This document shows positions 9,867 through 21,500 of a stretch of DNA of 64,000 nt, piece by piece; within the stretch, counting starts at the first letter, position 1, and each line of letters starts with the position of its first letter. Both the position numbers and the translations under genes were made by a program. Under the pieces are notes generated by a model. That model did no database searches and was not told the DNA's origin. It worked only from the letters and a program-made list of their open reading frames with translations. The stretch lies in IMG/VR virus record IMGVR_UViG_3300021600_000004; one strand, given 5' to 3'. The stretch comes from a virus (Duplodnaviria > Heunggongvirae > Uroviricota > Caudoviricetes).

Positions 9867-12800
9867 TTATAGAGATTTTAGAGCTTTTACAATAGAACCG
9901 TTTCTAGCAGTTTCATCCTTTCCTTTTTTTCTAGTTCCTATTCTTTGTTGAGCACTATTATATATATCTTCATATCCTTCTGCTAACTGTCCACTACCCA
10001 TATTTGTTCTAGCAAAAGCATTACCTTGTGTATTGAATTGAGCAGGATCATTAACATTATAAGCTCTTAATTTATCATCAAATCTAAAGTTGTACATGTT
10101 CTCCATAACTCCTAATTTTCTATTCTCAAGTTTGTTTTGAGCAATCTTAGCAGATATAGAACTAAGAGCATCAAGAGCTATAGACTTAGTGTTAGATTTA
10201 GCTGTAGCTTGTCTTACGTATTGTTGATCCATTATACCTAAGTTCTGTAATTGAGCTTGGTTCCAAAGATCTCTATTCTTATTAAATGTTTCAGACTCAG
10301 AAGCTTGATTCATTCTGAATTCTTCTCCTTTCACCTTATTGATTTGATCACTAGCTTGAGCCATAATCTGTGCTTGAGCAGCAGGATTGTTTCCAGTAGC
10401 TCTAATAGCAGCACGTGCTTGTGATGTAATAGCATTAACTTGATCTCCTAGATAATACTTCTGAGGTCCAACCATTCCCATTGGAGAATATTGTTGAGCT
10501 TTAACAGGCTCCACTTGATTATGAGCTAAGGCAAATTGTTCTCCCATTAACTGATTAGGATCAAGAGGTTCTTGATTTGTAGGTCTAAGTAGAGGAGCAA
10601 TATTAGACATTGCTGCTTTAGAAAAATCTGCCCAATCAAATTTTCCACCTTTAGTCTTAGCTTTAGAAGTAATATTATTAGGTCCTTCACCAGGAAGATA
10701 ATGAGATAAATTTTCTTCATCAGCAAGATAATGAGAATCAGGAATATTTATAGAATCTATTGTTCCTAAAGCTTTACCAACATCAGTGAAATTTATTTCA
10801 TCAGGAACCATTTTATAAGTAACTGGATCCATATGATATCCAGCTTGAGCTTTCTTTAAACTTTTACCATATTTAGCCATACCATCTCCTTTTTTATCTT
10901 TTGTAATTATACCCTTTGCAAGATCTGCTGATATAAGACCATGTTCTTTGGCTGTATCAAGAATAGCATTCTGTATACTTGCTGCTGCATTTATCTTATC
11001 AGCATTTATCTTTTGTTTAGCTGTTGCACCCATTAACATTGCTTGACCAGAATTCATAGATAGTTTATCAAATGGATCATTTGTATCAGCACCATTTACT
11101 AACTCTGTAGCTTTACTAATAACCTTTGATTGTTTCTTATCATTCTTGCTTATATCAGCTATGTAATTTTTAAACTTCTTACCTTTTGCTTTCTCATCTC
11201 CTATTTCAGATGCACCATATTTAGGAATGTACATATCACCAAACACTACTAAGTTACCATCTGGATTACCACCATCTTGTAACTTAACTGCTGGTTCACC
11301 TCTTTCCACTTCTACAGGATTATCACCATAAGTAACACCAATACCAGATTGACCTTTACCATTTGTATCATCATGAGATTGTCCTCTAAACATCACTGTT
11401 TGTCCACCATCTGGTAGATTAGGATTCTGAGAAATAGGTTCTGCATATCCACCCCAATGAGTTTTTAAATCACCACCCATTGCATATGTTTGCATAGCTT
11501 CTTCACTAGGAGGAGTGTAGTTCTTAAGATGTCCACCAGCTCTTAGCATATCTGCATCATGAGGAGGTTTTAATAAATCTTTTAGTTTATGTTCACCAAA
11601 GGTTGTAATAGTTTGTGGTTGCCAATCATTACTCACCCATCCACCATCTTCCATGAATGCTTTGTTCTGAGCTTGCATAGATTGAGCACCTGCAGCCCAT
11701 GCAGCTTTCTGTGTGTTTGCTTGTGTTTGATCTTGAAAACCTTGAAGTTTTCTAGCATCATCTACACCACCTAATAAATTTCCTGCTGCAGTACCAAGTA
11801 ATCCACCAACCATACTACCAACTGGTCCAAAGAATGCAGATCCTATAGCACTACCAACTCCTTTACCAATGGATGCTTGTCCAGAGTTTTGGAAATATTC
11901 TCCAAACTCTGCTGTAGGAATACTACCACCTCTTCTATATTGTTTTACATTACTATCATTTAAAGGCTCATATCCAAGATCATTATATAAATCACCAGGA
12001 TTATATGTATTCTGTATTTCAGTGGGATTACCACCTATCTGAGCTCCATATTGAGCAAGAGGATTATATCCTCTACCTTGAGGACTTAGTCCTGTTACTA
12101 AAGAATCTTCAGGTCTTACATATTTGTTTTGTATTTTCTCAGGTCTTGATTCAGCAGCTTGTGCTGTAAGTCCTGATATTTGAGACATTTGATCAGCCTT
12201 CTTAATATTTTGACCTTGTTGTTTTATTTGAGAAATACCATTCAAAATATCTGGAGCAGCATTTAACACACCCATTCCTGCAGCAGCACCAGCACCACCA
12301 AGACTACTTTTAGCACCACTCATAATACTATCAGCACCTCCACCAACACCAGTTGCATTTGCAAGCATGTTACCTAATCCACCTTGTTTTTGTGTAGTTC
12401 CACCAATCACTTTAGCAAGACCACTAAAATCAAATCCACCTTGTGCTATTGGTAAGTGTCCACCTGTTCTAAATGTGCCACTCATAATATCTCCAAGCTG
12501 CATTCCTGCTGAATTCAATTTAGAATTAGTATCTTTTGTATTAACAAAGTTATTAACTAAATCACCTATCTGTCCTATTTGAGACATTGAGTTTTTACTA
12601 TTAGCAGCAGCTTGTGCATTCTGTGCATCTAATGCTTGTTGGTTTTGTACATCATATTGCTTTCTACTAACACCTGCATTTGTAGCATTAGCATTAGCTA
12701 ATAAATCACCAAAGGCCATACCATTCTGTGCTTCTGGAGGATTACCAAAATCAGTCAGTTGACTTAATTGCTTCTTTACCATAGAGGCACCCATAGCAGC

Positions 12801-12911
12801 TTTCTTAAACTCTTTCTTATGAGCTTTCATAAATGCTTCTTCTGATGGATATTTCTTATAGAATTCCTTCTCAGATTTAACTCCTGCTATTTTTAAGATT
12901 TGATCTTTCAT
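9867..12911 (-). CDS. Large Gly/Ala/Gln/Asn-rich virion protein, 1014 aa, carrying a GGWV motif
   Basis: Intact ORF with low-complexity G/A-rich segments (GGLGNMLANATGVGGGADS..., LGGAGAAAGMG). Motif EDGGWVSNDWQ resembles the GGWLxKY repeats of the neighbouring 1580 aa protein. Confidence 0.65.
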   Translation of the reverse strand: MKDQILKIAGVKSEKEFYKKYPSEEAFMKAHKKEFKKAAMGASMVKKQLSQLTDFGNPPEAQNGMAFGDLLANANATNAGVSRKQYDVQNQQALDAQNAQAAANSKNSMSQIGQIGDLVNNFVNTKDTNSKLNSAGMQLGDIMSGTFRTGGHLPIAQGGFDFSGLAKVIGGTTQKQGGLGNMLANATGVGGGADSIMSGAKSSLGGAGAAAGMGVLNAAPDILNGISQIKQQGQNIKKADQMSQISGLTAQAAESRPEKIQNKYVRPEDSLVTGLSPQGRGYNPLAQYGAQIGGNPTEIQNTYNPGDLYNDLGYEPLNDSNVKQYRRGGSIPTAEFGEYFQNSGQASIGKGVGSAIGSAFFGPVGSMVGGLLGTAAGNLLGGVDDARKLQGFQDQTQANTQKAAWAAGAQSMQAQNKAFMEDGGWVSNDWQPQTITTFGEHKLKDLLKPPHDADMLRAGGHLKNYTPPSEEAMQTYAMGGDLKTHWGGYAEPISQNPNLPDGGQTVMFRGQSHDDTNGKGQSGIGVTYGDNPVEVERGEPAVKLQDGGNPDGNLVVFGDMYIPKYGASEIGDEKAKGKKFKNYIADISKNDKKQSKVISKATELVNGADTNDPFDKLSMNSGQAMLMGATAKQKINADKINAAASIQNAILDTAKEHGLISADLAKGIITKDKKGDGMAKYGKSLKKAQAGYHMDPVTYKMVPDEINFTDVGKALGTIDSINIPDSHYLADEENLSHYLPGEGPNNITSKAKTKGGKFDWADFSKAAMSNIAPLLRPTNQEPLDPNQLMGEQFALAHNQVEPVKAQQYSPMGMVGPQKYYLGDQVNAITSQARAAIRATGNNPAAQAQIMAQASDQINKVKGEEFRMNQASESETFNKNRDLWNQAQLQNLGIMDQQYVRQATAKSNTKSIALDALSSISAKIAQNKLENRKLGVMENMYNFRFDDKLRAYNVNDPAQFNTQGNAFARTNMGSGQLAEGYEDIYNSAQQRIGTRKKGKDETARNGSIVKALKSL

Positions 12912-12929
12912 ATTATATATTTTATTATA

Positions 12930-15900
12930 TTATTTGTATCCTTTATTTTTCATATAACTTAATATACGACTATATTCTTTTTCTGCTATATCAGGTTTTC
13001 TTCCTGGTGCAACCATTTGATGTGTAACAATATCACTTAAAGATAAATTATATTTTTTAGCAATAGGTGTGTAATATTCAATAAATGATTCTATTTGCTG
13101 GGATGTTAATGGTTTTTTATTTGTATCTCCTTGAAACTCAACACCTACACCAAAATCATTAACATTCTTTCTACCTTTCCACTCAGATTCTCCTGCATGA
13201 CGTGTTACTTGTTCAGGTGATGCATATACAGTTCGTTTTCCATTTTCTTGTATAACTACGTGTGAAGAGTTGTTATCTTTAGTCATATATTGTTTTTTAA
13301 CTTCTTCTTCATTTGTATTAGGATTTGTATAAGCTGTATGATGTAATACAATATTCTTTACTTCATTTTTTAAAGCATGACCTTTTTTATATGTATCATC
13401 ATTTACTGTTCTTACATTAGGCATATTTTCTATATATTCTTCTTTATATTTATTTACAGGTTGTTTATAATCCATTATATATAATCCATTACCACCACCT
13501 GTATTTTCTAAATCATAAGACTTTAATCTTTCAGGTGTTAAGTTTTTATCTTTATATGATAATCCTCTTGAATATGTACCATTATCTAATGTATAAGCTT
13601 CTAAGTATTTATTATTACCTTTTAATTCTTTAAACTTTTCTTTTATATGATCTACACTTCCAGATACAAGATATTGCTCTTTAGTAGTTGGGTTTACAAA
13701 TAAAACTCTTCCTCCTTGAATGCTACCATAATAGTTCTTTTTACTATCATCTTTTACTAATACATTTAAAGATCCATCTATTAACTTACCATCATCATTT
13801 AATACTTTAATTTTAGGTTGTTTATATTTTGGATTACCAGATTTTGCACCATCTATATATTCAGCTTTTCCATTGTTTTCTGAAAAATCTACTATATTAT
13901 TTTTAAATGTTTTACTAAATGTAAATCCTTTTTCATTTTTAAAATCTTTATATGCTCCTGTATGTAAATTTCCTCCAGGATCTAACGCAAGAACACTTGT
14001 ATTATCTGGAAGTTTATCTTTAGTAAAAGGATTAAATGTTGTTACTTCTAATCCATCAGTTTGAATATTTTTATACTCACCCCTATTTCTTACTCCAAAC
14101 TTTATATTAGATGTTGGTAAAACTTGTTGTTTAAATTGTCTACCTTCATGATTAGGATCATCTACTACTGCTGATATTTCAGGTCCAGTTTTATTACCAT
14201 ACCATTCTTTAACAGTTTTAGGTATATCAGTTTTAGTAGTTGATATAGCAGCATCATCATCGTTCCCAGTATGAGTAGCAAATTTTCGTTTTACACCATT
14301 TACTAGTGTATGATATGAATCTTCTGCAGTTTGTATAGCTGTATTTGCTCCTGATTCTATAGACTTTTTTACATCATTAACTGCATCATCAATATGTTTT
14401 CCAAAATTATCAAAAGTTTTTCCTGTTTCATTATATGTACTAGTTACAGCATCTTTCATTTTTGTAAAAAATCCAGGATCTTCTTTAATTGTTTTATGAA
14501 CTGGTTGTATAGCTAAAACAGGTGTTACTTCACTAGGTTTCTTTTGACCAGGAAAAGAAAGATCAGTAGTAAGTATATCAGAAGGTTTATAAGTAGGTGA
14601 ACTACTTACAGGAGCTGGTGTAGATTTAGTTGGTTGTGCTATTGGATGTAACTCCTCTTTTTCACCACTACTATATCCAGCCCAATAATTATTCTTATCT
14701 ATAAATTTTAAAAGATTATTACGAGCACTTTTATTATTAGATATATCTGCCCAAGTATCACCCCCTTTAGTTTTATAATAAGTTTTATCTCCCTCTACAA
14801 TATAATCAAACTTTGGACTAAAATTATCTATAATAATTTTTTTCTTATCTTTAGTAGGTATATCTTCAAAACGTAGTTCTTTATTAGTTTTAACTTGTTT
14901 ATTAGGAGTTGGTGTATTACTATTTACTCCAAGAGTTTTAACTTTCATATTAATATCATTAATATCTTCAGAAGGAGTAGTATAACCACCAGTATTAATA
15001 TGAGTATCAATATTATTAATAATACTATTATCATTAATAATATCATTATTTATAATTCCTCCTTCAGCATATTTGTTTAACCAACCACCATTTTTCTTTT
15101 GTTGTAAAGCTGCACTTCCTACAACTGCAGGAACAAGAGCTTTATATATATTTGGATTACTCATATCAAACATTCCATTATTACCTGTAGCTGATTTAAG
15201 TTGTTTATTTGTAGGAAAAACTACTTCCCATGCATCATCTAAATCCCTTACTCTTGCTATACCTCTATTTTGATTATGAATTGCAACATCATAATCTAAT
15301 AATTGTTCATTCAAGGGAGCACTTTTTCTATGAAAGTTAAATAAATCCATTTCTTTTCCAGCTGGAGAGTTTGTACCTAACTTTATCAATTCTTCAGAAG
15401 TTATAGGATTATTTCCTTGACCATATAACTTATATGTAGTAGGTTCTATATCTCCTGTGTGAAACCTACGACCAGAAATAGTATAACTATCAGCAGAACC
15501 TTTTGGAGGAACGGTATAAATTCCACTACCAGAATAACCAGCATCACCTAATTGAAATTTAGATTCATCAAAAGTATCAAATCTTTTAGGAGAACCATGT
15601 TCTAATATCCAAGGACTACCATCAGGATTTAATAATTTAGAATTACCAAAAGCTTTTTTAAAGTTCTCACTATTTTGTTGTACAAATTGTTCAGGTGTTC
15701 CTTGAAATGCAGAACCATCAGGATTTTTCATCCAACTACCATTAGCTTTAGTTGTTTGTTCTATTGCATTATACTCATTCATTAATTGAGGATTATCAGG
15801 AATTTCTTTATTCCAATTTCCCCAATTTATTTCTGATTTAAAATTTGATTCAGGTTTAGGAACTTCTTGATATCCTTTTAACCAATCTTCTTTATAAAAT

Positions 15901-17672
15901 TTTGCTTCGTCTATAGAAATTGGTCTATGAGAAACAGCATATCCTTCAGGTCTTGATGGAGCATAGGTTTTTGGTTTTCTTCCTTTTACTGATGATCCCA
16001 TAGGAACATCTTTTACTTCTACCATATATGGACCTGGGTATCCTTGACCAGTCAGTCCTAATTTAGGAGAATTATATCTACCACCATCTAAAGGAACCCC
16101 TTTTGAAAAGTATAAATTACTGTTAGCAGGTTTTAATAAATTAATGCTACTATATGTACCATCTGAACGCATTGCTACATTTCCTATGTCACGTGAATAT
16201 GCACGTTCACTAAACTCCCTACCTGCAGGACTTTGTCCAAATCCTTGAAGTAGTCCTGTTTCTTTATTAACTATATTATCTAGATTAGGACTTCTATGAT
16301 AGTAAGCTTCTGGGTTTGCTTTAAATGCATATGGATTTAACTTATAAGCATTCTTTAAAGCTGTCTCTTCTGTAAGATATTTACCTGCTGCTTCTAAAGC
16401 TGGTTTAGCTAATTTACCAGCACCCATAGCCATTTCTATATTAACCATAGGTTCAACTATATTCTCCATAGCATTTGCTGCATATTTAGAACTAGCTGCT
16501 CTATTTAATGGTTTAGCTTCATCTGCTCTATATGCATCTCTAGCTGCATTCATTCTTTCTTGATCTCCTGCTTTTGGAGTGTATTTAGAAATAGTTGATT
16601 GAGCTTTATTGGCTTTTTGATTTTTGATATTTTCCTCAAGAGCTAACCTCTTCTCTATATCAGATTTAGAAAGAGTTTGTGGTTGTTGTTCATACTTACT
16701 TAACCAACCATCTTGTGCTTGTGGATATTCTATCACCTTCTTACCCTTGAACTTATAATCTTCTCCAGGTTGCATAAGTTGTGTATCACCTGTATCACTT
16801 ACACCTAGGACAGGATAATCAACTCCTTCCATTGTAATGTTGTTAGAATTGATTTCTGTTATCTCTCCTGGGTGTGCCCATTGACCTCTGTCATCTTTTA
16901 TAACAGAACCATTCTTACTTATATTGTTAGGTTTCCAATCAAGTCCATTTTGGTAGAAAGACATCTCTTTACCATTCTGTGCAGAAGCTTTTGTCTTCTT
17001 AGCATATTTACCATTATCAGGAGCAGCACCAGCTGTACGTGCATACATGAATCCTACAGAACCTGGCATACTTCCACCCATTTGCATTTCTCCCCAAGTT
17101 TTATATGGAGAAGGAATTGATTGTCCTTTTTCTACATATGTATGTCTCATCTCACCAAACTTCTCAGCTTCTTGCCATGTTTTAAATGGACCACCTAAAT
17201 GTTCACCTGTCTTTTTATATTCAGCAATAGGATCTTTTAAAGGTTGTCCATGTTTAAATGTAGGAATTAAATAAGCTGGTTCCCCATCTTCTCCACCTAT
17301 AGATGCAGCTAGTTCTGTACTAGAATCTCTATTTGGTATTTTATATCCTTGTGGTAATCTCCAATCATTTGGTTGTAAGAATCCACCATTCTGAAACTGT
17401 CCACCCCATGCAGGAGAATAGTTTCTACCTGTTGTATCATATCCTGTTCCTACATAACCTGGACCTGTTGATGCTTGTGCATCATTATAGTTAGGTTGTA
17501 CAGGGCCTCCATCATTATATTTTTCTAACCATCCACCCATTTTTGCAAGTGGTGGTGGTTCTGCTGTAGCTACGTCAGTGAAGTATTGCTTCTGTTTATC
17601 AGTTAAAGCCATCCCATGTGGAGGATTCTTTAACATTTCTATAGCCTTAGCTTGTGATAACTTCTTAGCCAT
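12930..17672 (-). CDS. Giant tail or cargo protein (1580 aa) with a C-terminal Amidase_2 (N-acetylmuramoyl-L-alanine amidase, PGRP or T7-lysozyme-like) domain; a virion-associated peptidoglycan hydrolase
   Basis: The C-terminal ~150 aa contain IVLHHTAY ... SHVVIQENGKRTV ... RHAGESEWKGRKNVNDFGVGVEFQG ... IVTHQMVAPGRKPD. These align motif for motif with T7 lysozyme and Amidase_2 (IFVHCSAT / GYHFII..DGTV / GSHAKGYNHNSIGVCLVG / AHHEVAPKACP). Two internal GGWLxKYxxGG repeats are present. Confidence 0.8.
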   Translation of the reverse strand: MAKKLSQAKAIEMLKNPPHGMALTDKQKQYFTDVATAEPPPLAKMGGWLEKYNDGGPVQPNYNDAQASTGPGYVGTGYDTTGRNYSPAWGGQFQNGGFLQPNDWRLPQGYKIPNRDSSTELAASIGGEDGEPAYLIPTFKHGQPLKDPIAEYKKTGEHLGGPFKTWQEAEKFGEMRHTYVEKGQSIPSPYKTWGEMQMGGSMPGSVGFMYARTAGAAPDNGKYAKKTKASAQNGKEMSFYQNGLDWKPNNISKNGSVIKDDRGQWAHPGEITEINSNNITMEGVDYPVLGVSDTGDTQLMQPGEDYKFKGKKVIEYPQAQDGWLSKYEQQPQTLSKSDIEKRLALEENIKNQKANKAQSTISKYTPKAGDQERMNAARDAYRADEAKPLNRAASSKYAANAMENIVEPMVNIEMAMGAGKLAKPALEAAGKYLTEETALKNAYKLNPYAFKANPEAYYHRSPNLDNIVNKETGLLQGFGQSPAGREFSERAYSRDIGNVAMRSDGTYSSINLLKPANSNLYFSKGVPLDGGRYNSPKLGLTGQGYPGPYMVEVKDVPMGSSVKGRKPKTYAPSRPEGYAVSHRPISIDEAKFYKEDWLKGYQEVPKPESNFKSEINWGNWNKEIPDNPQLMNEYNAIEQTTKANGSWMKNPDGSAFQGTPEQFVQQNSENFKKAFGNSKLLNPDGSPWILEHGSPKRFDTFDESKFQLGDAGYSGSGIYTVPPKGSADSYTISGRRFHTGDIEPTTYKLYGQGNNPITSEELIKLGTNSPAGKEMDLFNFHRKSAPLNEQLLDYDVAIHNQNRGIARVRDLDDAWEVVFPTNKQLKSATGNNGMFDMSNPNIYKALVPAVVGSAALQQKKNGGWLNKYAEGGIINNDIINDNSIINNIDTHINTGGYTTPSEDINDINMKVKTLGVNSNTPTPNKQVKTNKELRFEDIPTKDKKKIIIDNFSPKFDYIVEGDKTYYKTKGGDTWADISNNKSARNNLLKFIDKNNYWAGYSSGEKEELHPIAQPTKSTPAPVSSSPTYKPSDILTTDLSFPGQKKPSEVTPVLAIQPVHKTIKEDPGFFTKMKDAVTSTYNETGKTFDNFGKHIDDAVNDVKKSIESGANTAIQTAEDSYHTLVNGVKRKFATHTGNDDDAAISTTKTDIPKTVKEWYGNKTGPEISAVVDDPNHEGRQFKQQVLPTSNIKFGVRNRGEYKNIQTDGLEVTTFNPFTKDKLPDNTSVLALDPGGNLHTGAYKDFKNEKGFTFSKTFKNNIVDFSENNGKAEYIDGAKSGNPKYKQPKIKVLNDDGKLIDGSLNVLVKDDSKKNYYGSIQGGRVLFVNPTTKEQYLVSGSVDHIKEKFKELKGNNKYLEAYTLDNGTYSRGLSYKDKNLTPERLKSYDLENTGGGNGLYIMDYKQPVNKYKEEYIENMPNVRTVNDDTYKKGHALKNEVKNIVLHHTAYTNPNTNEEEVKKQYMTKDNNSSHVVIQENGKRTVYASPEQVTRHAGESEWKGRKNVNDFGVGVEFQGDTNKKPLTSQQIESFIEYYTPIAKKYNLSLSDIVTHQMVAPGRKPDIAEKEYSRILSYMKNKGYK

Positions 17673-18538
17673 TATTTATAAGAGATTTGAGCAGGTGTAA
17701 TAATAAATTGAGAAACTATATGTGCGTCAGATGCATTATCAAGAATGTGTCTTACCATTAAACCTTTAGCTCTTAGTGGTTCTTTCTTGAATGAACGTTT
17801 ACCATAATCCATATTTGCTTGATTTATAATCTTATCTATTGATAATGATTCACAACCAGTTACAAACAAAGGTATGGATTTATTTTTAACAAGACTCCAG
17901 AACGTATTATATTGATAGAAGCTATCATTCTTAGTGTACGTAATTGTCTTACTATCAACGTTATACAAAGGATACTTCAAATATTCCTTTAAGTTATTAA
18001 TTGGTTTAGCAACTAGTTCTAATATACCAGTTGACTGCTGACCATTATAAAGAATAGCTTTATTGAAATATTGGTTATCAGTTTGTATCTGTGCATTATC
18101 ATTGAATACACCATCTGGTATAGGAAGATATTTATACACTCTTGAGAAGTCTTTTACATTCTGAAGTATTTCATCATGATATTGATAGAAGAATGGATAT
18201 TCAATTATGTAAGGTTCTATGTTATCATAATATGTATTGTAAATCAATGTATTAGTTAAATGTCTCCATAAACTAGATGTATTGATTTCTGTAAATGTAA
18301 TAGCCGCTAACTCCTCAACTGTTGCTGTTCCTATTGTTATTGATATAACAGTGTGACATTTACCAGTGGATTGTAATATAATAGTAGTCACTGTATCATC
18401 TACAGTGTACACAACTCCTATGATGAGTTGTTCTTTAGGAACATCTGTAGCTAGAACATTCTCCAAATCATCATAGATTGTGAATGGTCCAGTTCTGTTT
18501 CCAGCTCCTGTTAATTTTACTATTATTACTTTAGACAT
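17672..18538 (-). CDS. Tail fibre or receptor-binding-like protein (288 aa) with an N-terminal 'LTGAGxxTGPFxIYxDL...LQSTGxC' domain
   Basis: N-terminus MSKVIIVKLTGAGNRTGPFTIYDDL...ILQSTGKC is clearly homologous to the N-terminus of the 161 aa ORF at 27033..27518. Confidence 0.55.
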   Translation of the reverse strand: MSKVIIVKLTGAGNRTGPFTIYDDLENVLATDVPKEQLIIGVVYTVDDTVTTIILQSTGKCHTVISITIGTATVEELAAITFTEINTSSLWRHLTNTLIYNTYYDNIEPYIIEYPFFYQYHDEILQNVKDFSRVYKYLPIPDGVFNDNAQIQTDNQYFNKAILYNGQQSTGILELVAKPINNLKEYLKYPLYNVDSKTITYTKNDSFYQYNTFWSLVKNKSIPLFVTGCESLSIDKIINQANMDYGKRSFKKEPLRAKGLMVRHILDNASDAHIVSQFIITPAQISYK

Positions 18539-18554
18539 ACTTTTATTTTATATT

Positions 18555-21500
18555 TTAACAAGGAGATTCACTACCATATCCTGGTCCAGAAACTATAAGC
18601 CATCTATCTGGTCCTAAATTACCTGGTCCAAATCCATGTGCATTAATTGGTGTACATCCTAAAAATTCTTCTGGCATTAATGTAACTGTATGTAAAACAT
18701 TAGTACAATCATAATATTGAATAACGGTATCCACTGTACCTGATAATGCTTGTAAGTTCCAATTTTCACAAGTGATACCAATAGTTGTGGTTGTGGTAGT
18801 TGTAGGTGTTGCTGTTGTTGTGGTTGTTGTAGTTGATGTTGTAGTTGTAGTGGTTGTAGGAACTGGATCATTTGTATACGCAGTTCCATCTAACTCACAT
18901 GGTCCTATAACAGCAAATCCTGCTAATGCACAATCTAATACAATTGTAGTGGTAGTAGTTGTTGTTGGTGTAGGAATCTCCTGAACAGCAATTGCTTCTA
19001 AATCACATCCTTCATTTAATCCAGAATAGAAGAAGTTGTTCTCAGCTATATACCAGTTAGGGATATAACTATGGAAACTAATCCAAGTTCTTGTATTAAA
19101 ATTGAAAGATAGTGTCCAACTCTTATTACAGAAATACTTTCTATTTGTTAGGTCTATATATTCTATTAATACACTTTCTCCTAATGTGTGTTCTATATAA
19201 TATTTTTGTAAAGTAGAATTATATTTTATAATATTTACATATTCTGGTTGAGGAATATAATCAAGTTTTGATATAATAACTCTATCATATTTACTATCAT
19301 ATACACCATGTAAACCACAACCATTAAAATGATTATCTATATTAGCATTAGGAAAATATCTAAGAATCTCAAATGCTAAATGATCTGTAAAGAATCTATT
19401 TAATCCAGAACCAAATGCAGATATCTCTTGTGCTTGATTACCAGCAACTAAGAATATTTGTCCTCTTTTAGCATCAACTGTTATTTGTCCATTAGGAATC
19501 TTTAATAACATTTTATTTTGACTTCCCATGTAACCAAGATTTGTATCAGCAAAATCAATCGGAGGAGAAGATCTAAACAATGTATCATTTCCTAAATAAG
19601 CAGCCTGTGGATTACTAGTTTGAACTGTAAGCATTGTATTATATAACAAGCTCTTGTTTTCAAATCTAGCTAGTACAGCTTTATTTTGAATACCATCTAA
19701 TGATACAAGATCACCATATGTTTGAGGAAAATCAAAGAATGATATTGGAGCATAGGTCAACCAGTTGTTCACCTTGATGCTAGGATCATTTAATTGTGCT
19801 TCAGAATAAATTGCTCTAAAAGGAAAGTTTGTATAACATTGATTATCATCCCAATCTACAGGTAGATGAGAGAAATAGTTATCTTTGTTCTGTCTAGAAT
19901 ATGTTACATTATAATGATAGGTGTTGTCAAACTGAATAGGAACAACAGATTGTTGTAACCAGTTATCAGGAATACCTGTACTCACGTGAGGATAGAAATC
20001 ACCTTCTAGGTTATTAAATGCTTGACGTAAATCTACATTAACAGAACTCTCTACATAGAAAGAAGGAATACCATAAGCAAATAAATACATCTTACCAGTG
20101 TAAGACATTGTTGTAGAACTTGATGTAACAAATGTTCCAGCACTAGTTGTAGTGGTTGTAGTTGTACCTACTAACACAGTGGCATCATTAGCACAATCAA
20201 GGTTGTGAGCTTTTATAGATATGATATTCTTTAGTGTAACTGATCCTGCTATATAATTACTTAAAACAGACCTAGCTGAATACCAGTATTGAGGATAGGC
20301 AACATTACCTATCTCATCATAGAATACATCACTGTCATCAGGAGCATTCACTCTATTATCTATAAAGAATGGTAGTTTGGTTTTAAATGCAAACCTAGTA
20401 ATAAATGTATCTCCACCAAATACTACATCAGGTTGACTAACACTAAGACTATTAAAGATTCTTTGAAATCCTGTATCAATTGTACTATAAGAATACATTT
20501 GCCCCCACTGATTTACAAACATAGTTTTAAGTGATGCATAGTAACAAATTGTATCAATATGTTCTTGCATCTCAGGAATAGTACATGTATTTCTTTGAGA
20601 TAGGGTAAATCTTGAATTATCAGAAATTAAACTATTACCAGCAACCACAACACTTGGTGTTTGATTTGGAAAAGGTAACGGTTGTACTGCTTCTTTTGTT
20701 TTTAAATAAACAGAAGATTCTCTTTGAAAGTTATTAACATTATGATCATCTCCCACTGATTGTACACCAGGGATAAGATATTGATATATATCAAGTTCTC
20801 TTTGTTTAACTCCTATATTATTAGCTATATCAGCACTATAGTCATAACTAGCTATAGAGTTGAATGAATATGTAAAATTTCTTCTACTTATACCATTAAT
20901 GTATATTTGTAGATATGCTTGGTAAGCAGTGAACATTGCTGTTGAGTCAAACGTACCTGTAATATTAGCAATGTTATAACTAGATGTTAATGCCTCCACC
21001 TGTGCTTGTTCACTAATAAGTTTATATAAGGCATGTTTCTTCACTTGTACAAAATGAGCTTTACCAGCACCATATATTGCACTTTCTAACTTAAGGATAT
21101 TTCCTAGAATAGGTTGTCCAAAAGATGTTTCAGGAGAATTGAATACTTGTCTATATTTAGAAGAATCATCATTAAATGCTTCTAATTCATCAGGATAACA
21201 AGCTATGTTTATATTATTAACTTGTGTAATGCTATACTTACCTGTACCATTTGTATATGTAGGAACTGTACTAGAACTTATAGTTTGTGGTTTATCAACC
21301 TCTACAAATGCAGTGGCAGAAGATCCACCAGGAATAGTATATTGAAAATTTGCCCAAGTAGTAACACCATCATAAAATGCTGCTAATGTATAAGATGTAG
21401 CTGTCATGTTCTCAATAACTGCTGCTCCTGTTAACATAACAGGCACAGTCATAGAACATTGTGTAAGTGTATAAAAACCTACATTCTCCACTGTTAATTC

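Noticed and set aside
18772-18984. Track ORF encoding poly-Val (and its partner 18677..18889), plus other antisense ORFs inside large genes: 851..1139, 2239..2448, 5455..5712, 6683..6877, 7573..8248, 11589..11774, 12367..12582, 13873..14064, 14895..15273, 16872..17274, 25425..25619, 35367..35784, 36166..36483, 36995..37186, 39041..39328, 39460..39702, 40292..40936, 41663..41957, 42004..42231, 44282..44515, 46295..46492, 46869..47129, 48442..48627, 49422..49715, 54145..54351, 56152..56337, 56815..57033, 57492..57743, 58403..58789, 59819..60019, 62048..62380
   Set aside because: They lie antisense to, or out of frame within, long well-supported ORFs. The poly-Val is just the complement of the (ACN)n poly-Thr coding tracts. 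Their composition is low-complexity and hydrophobic, typical of AT-rich antisense frames.
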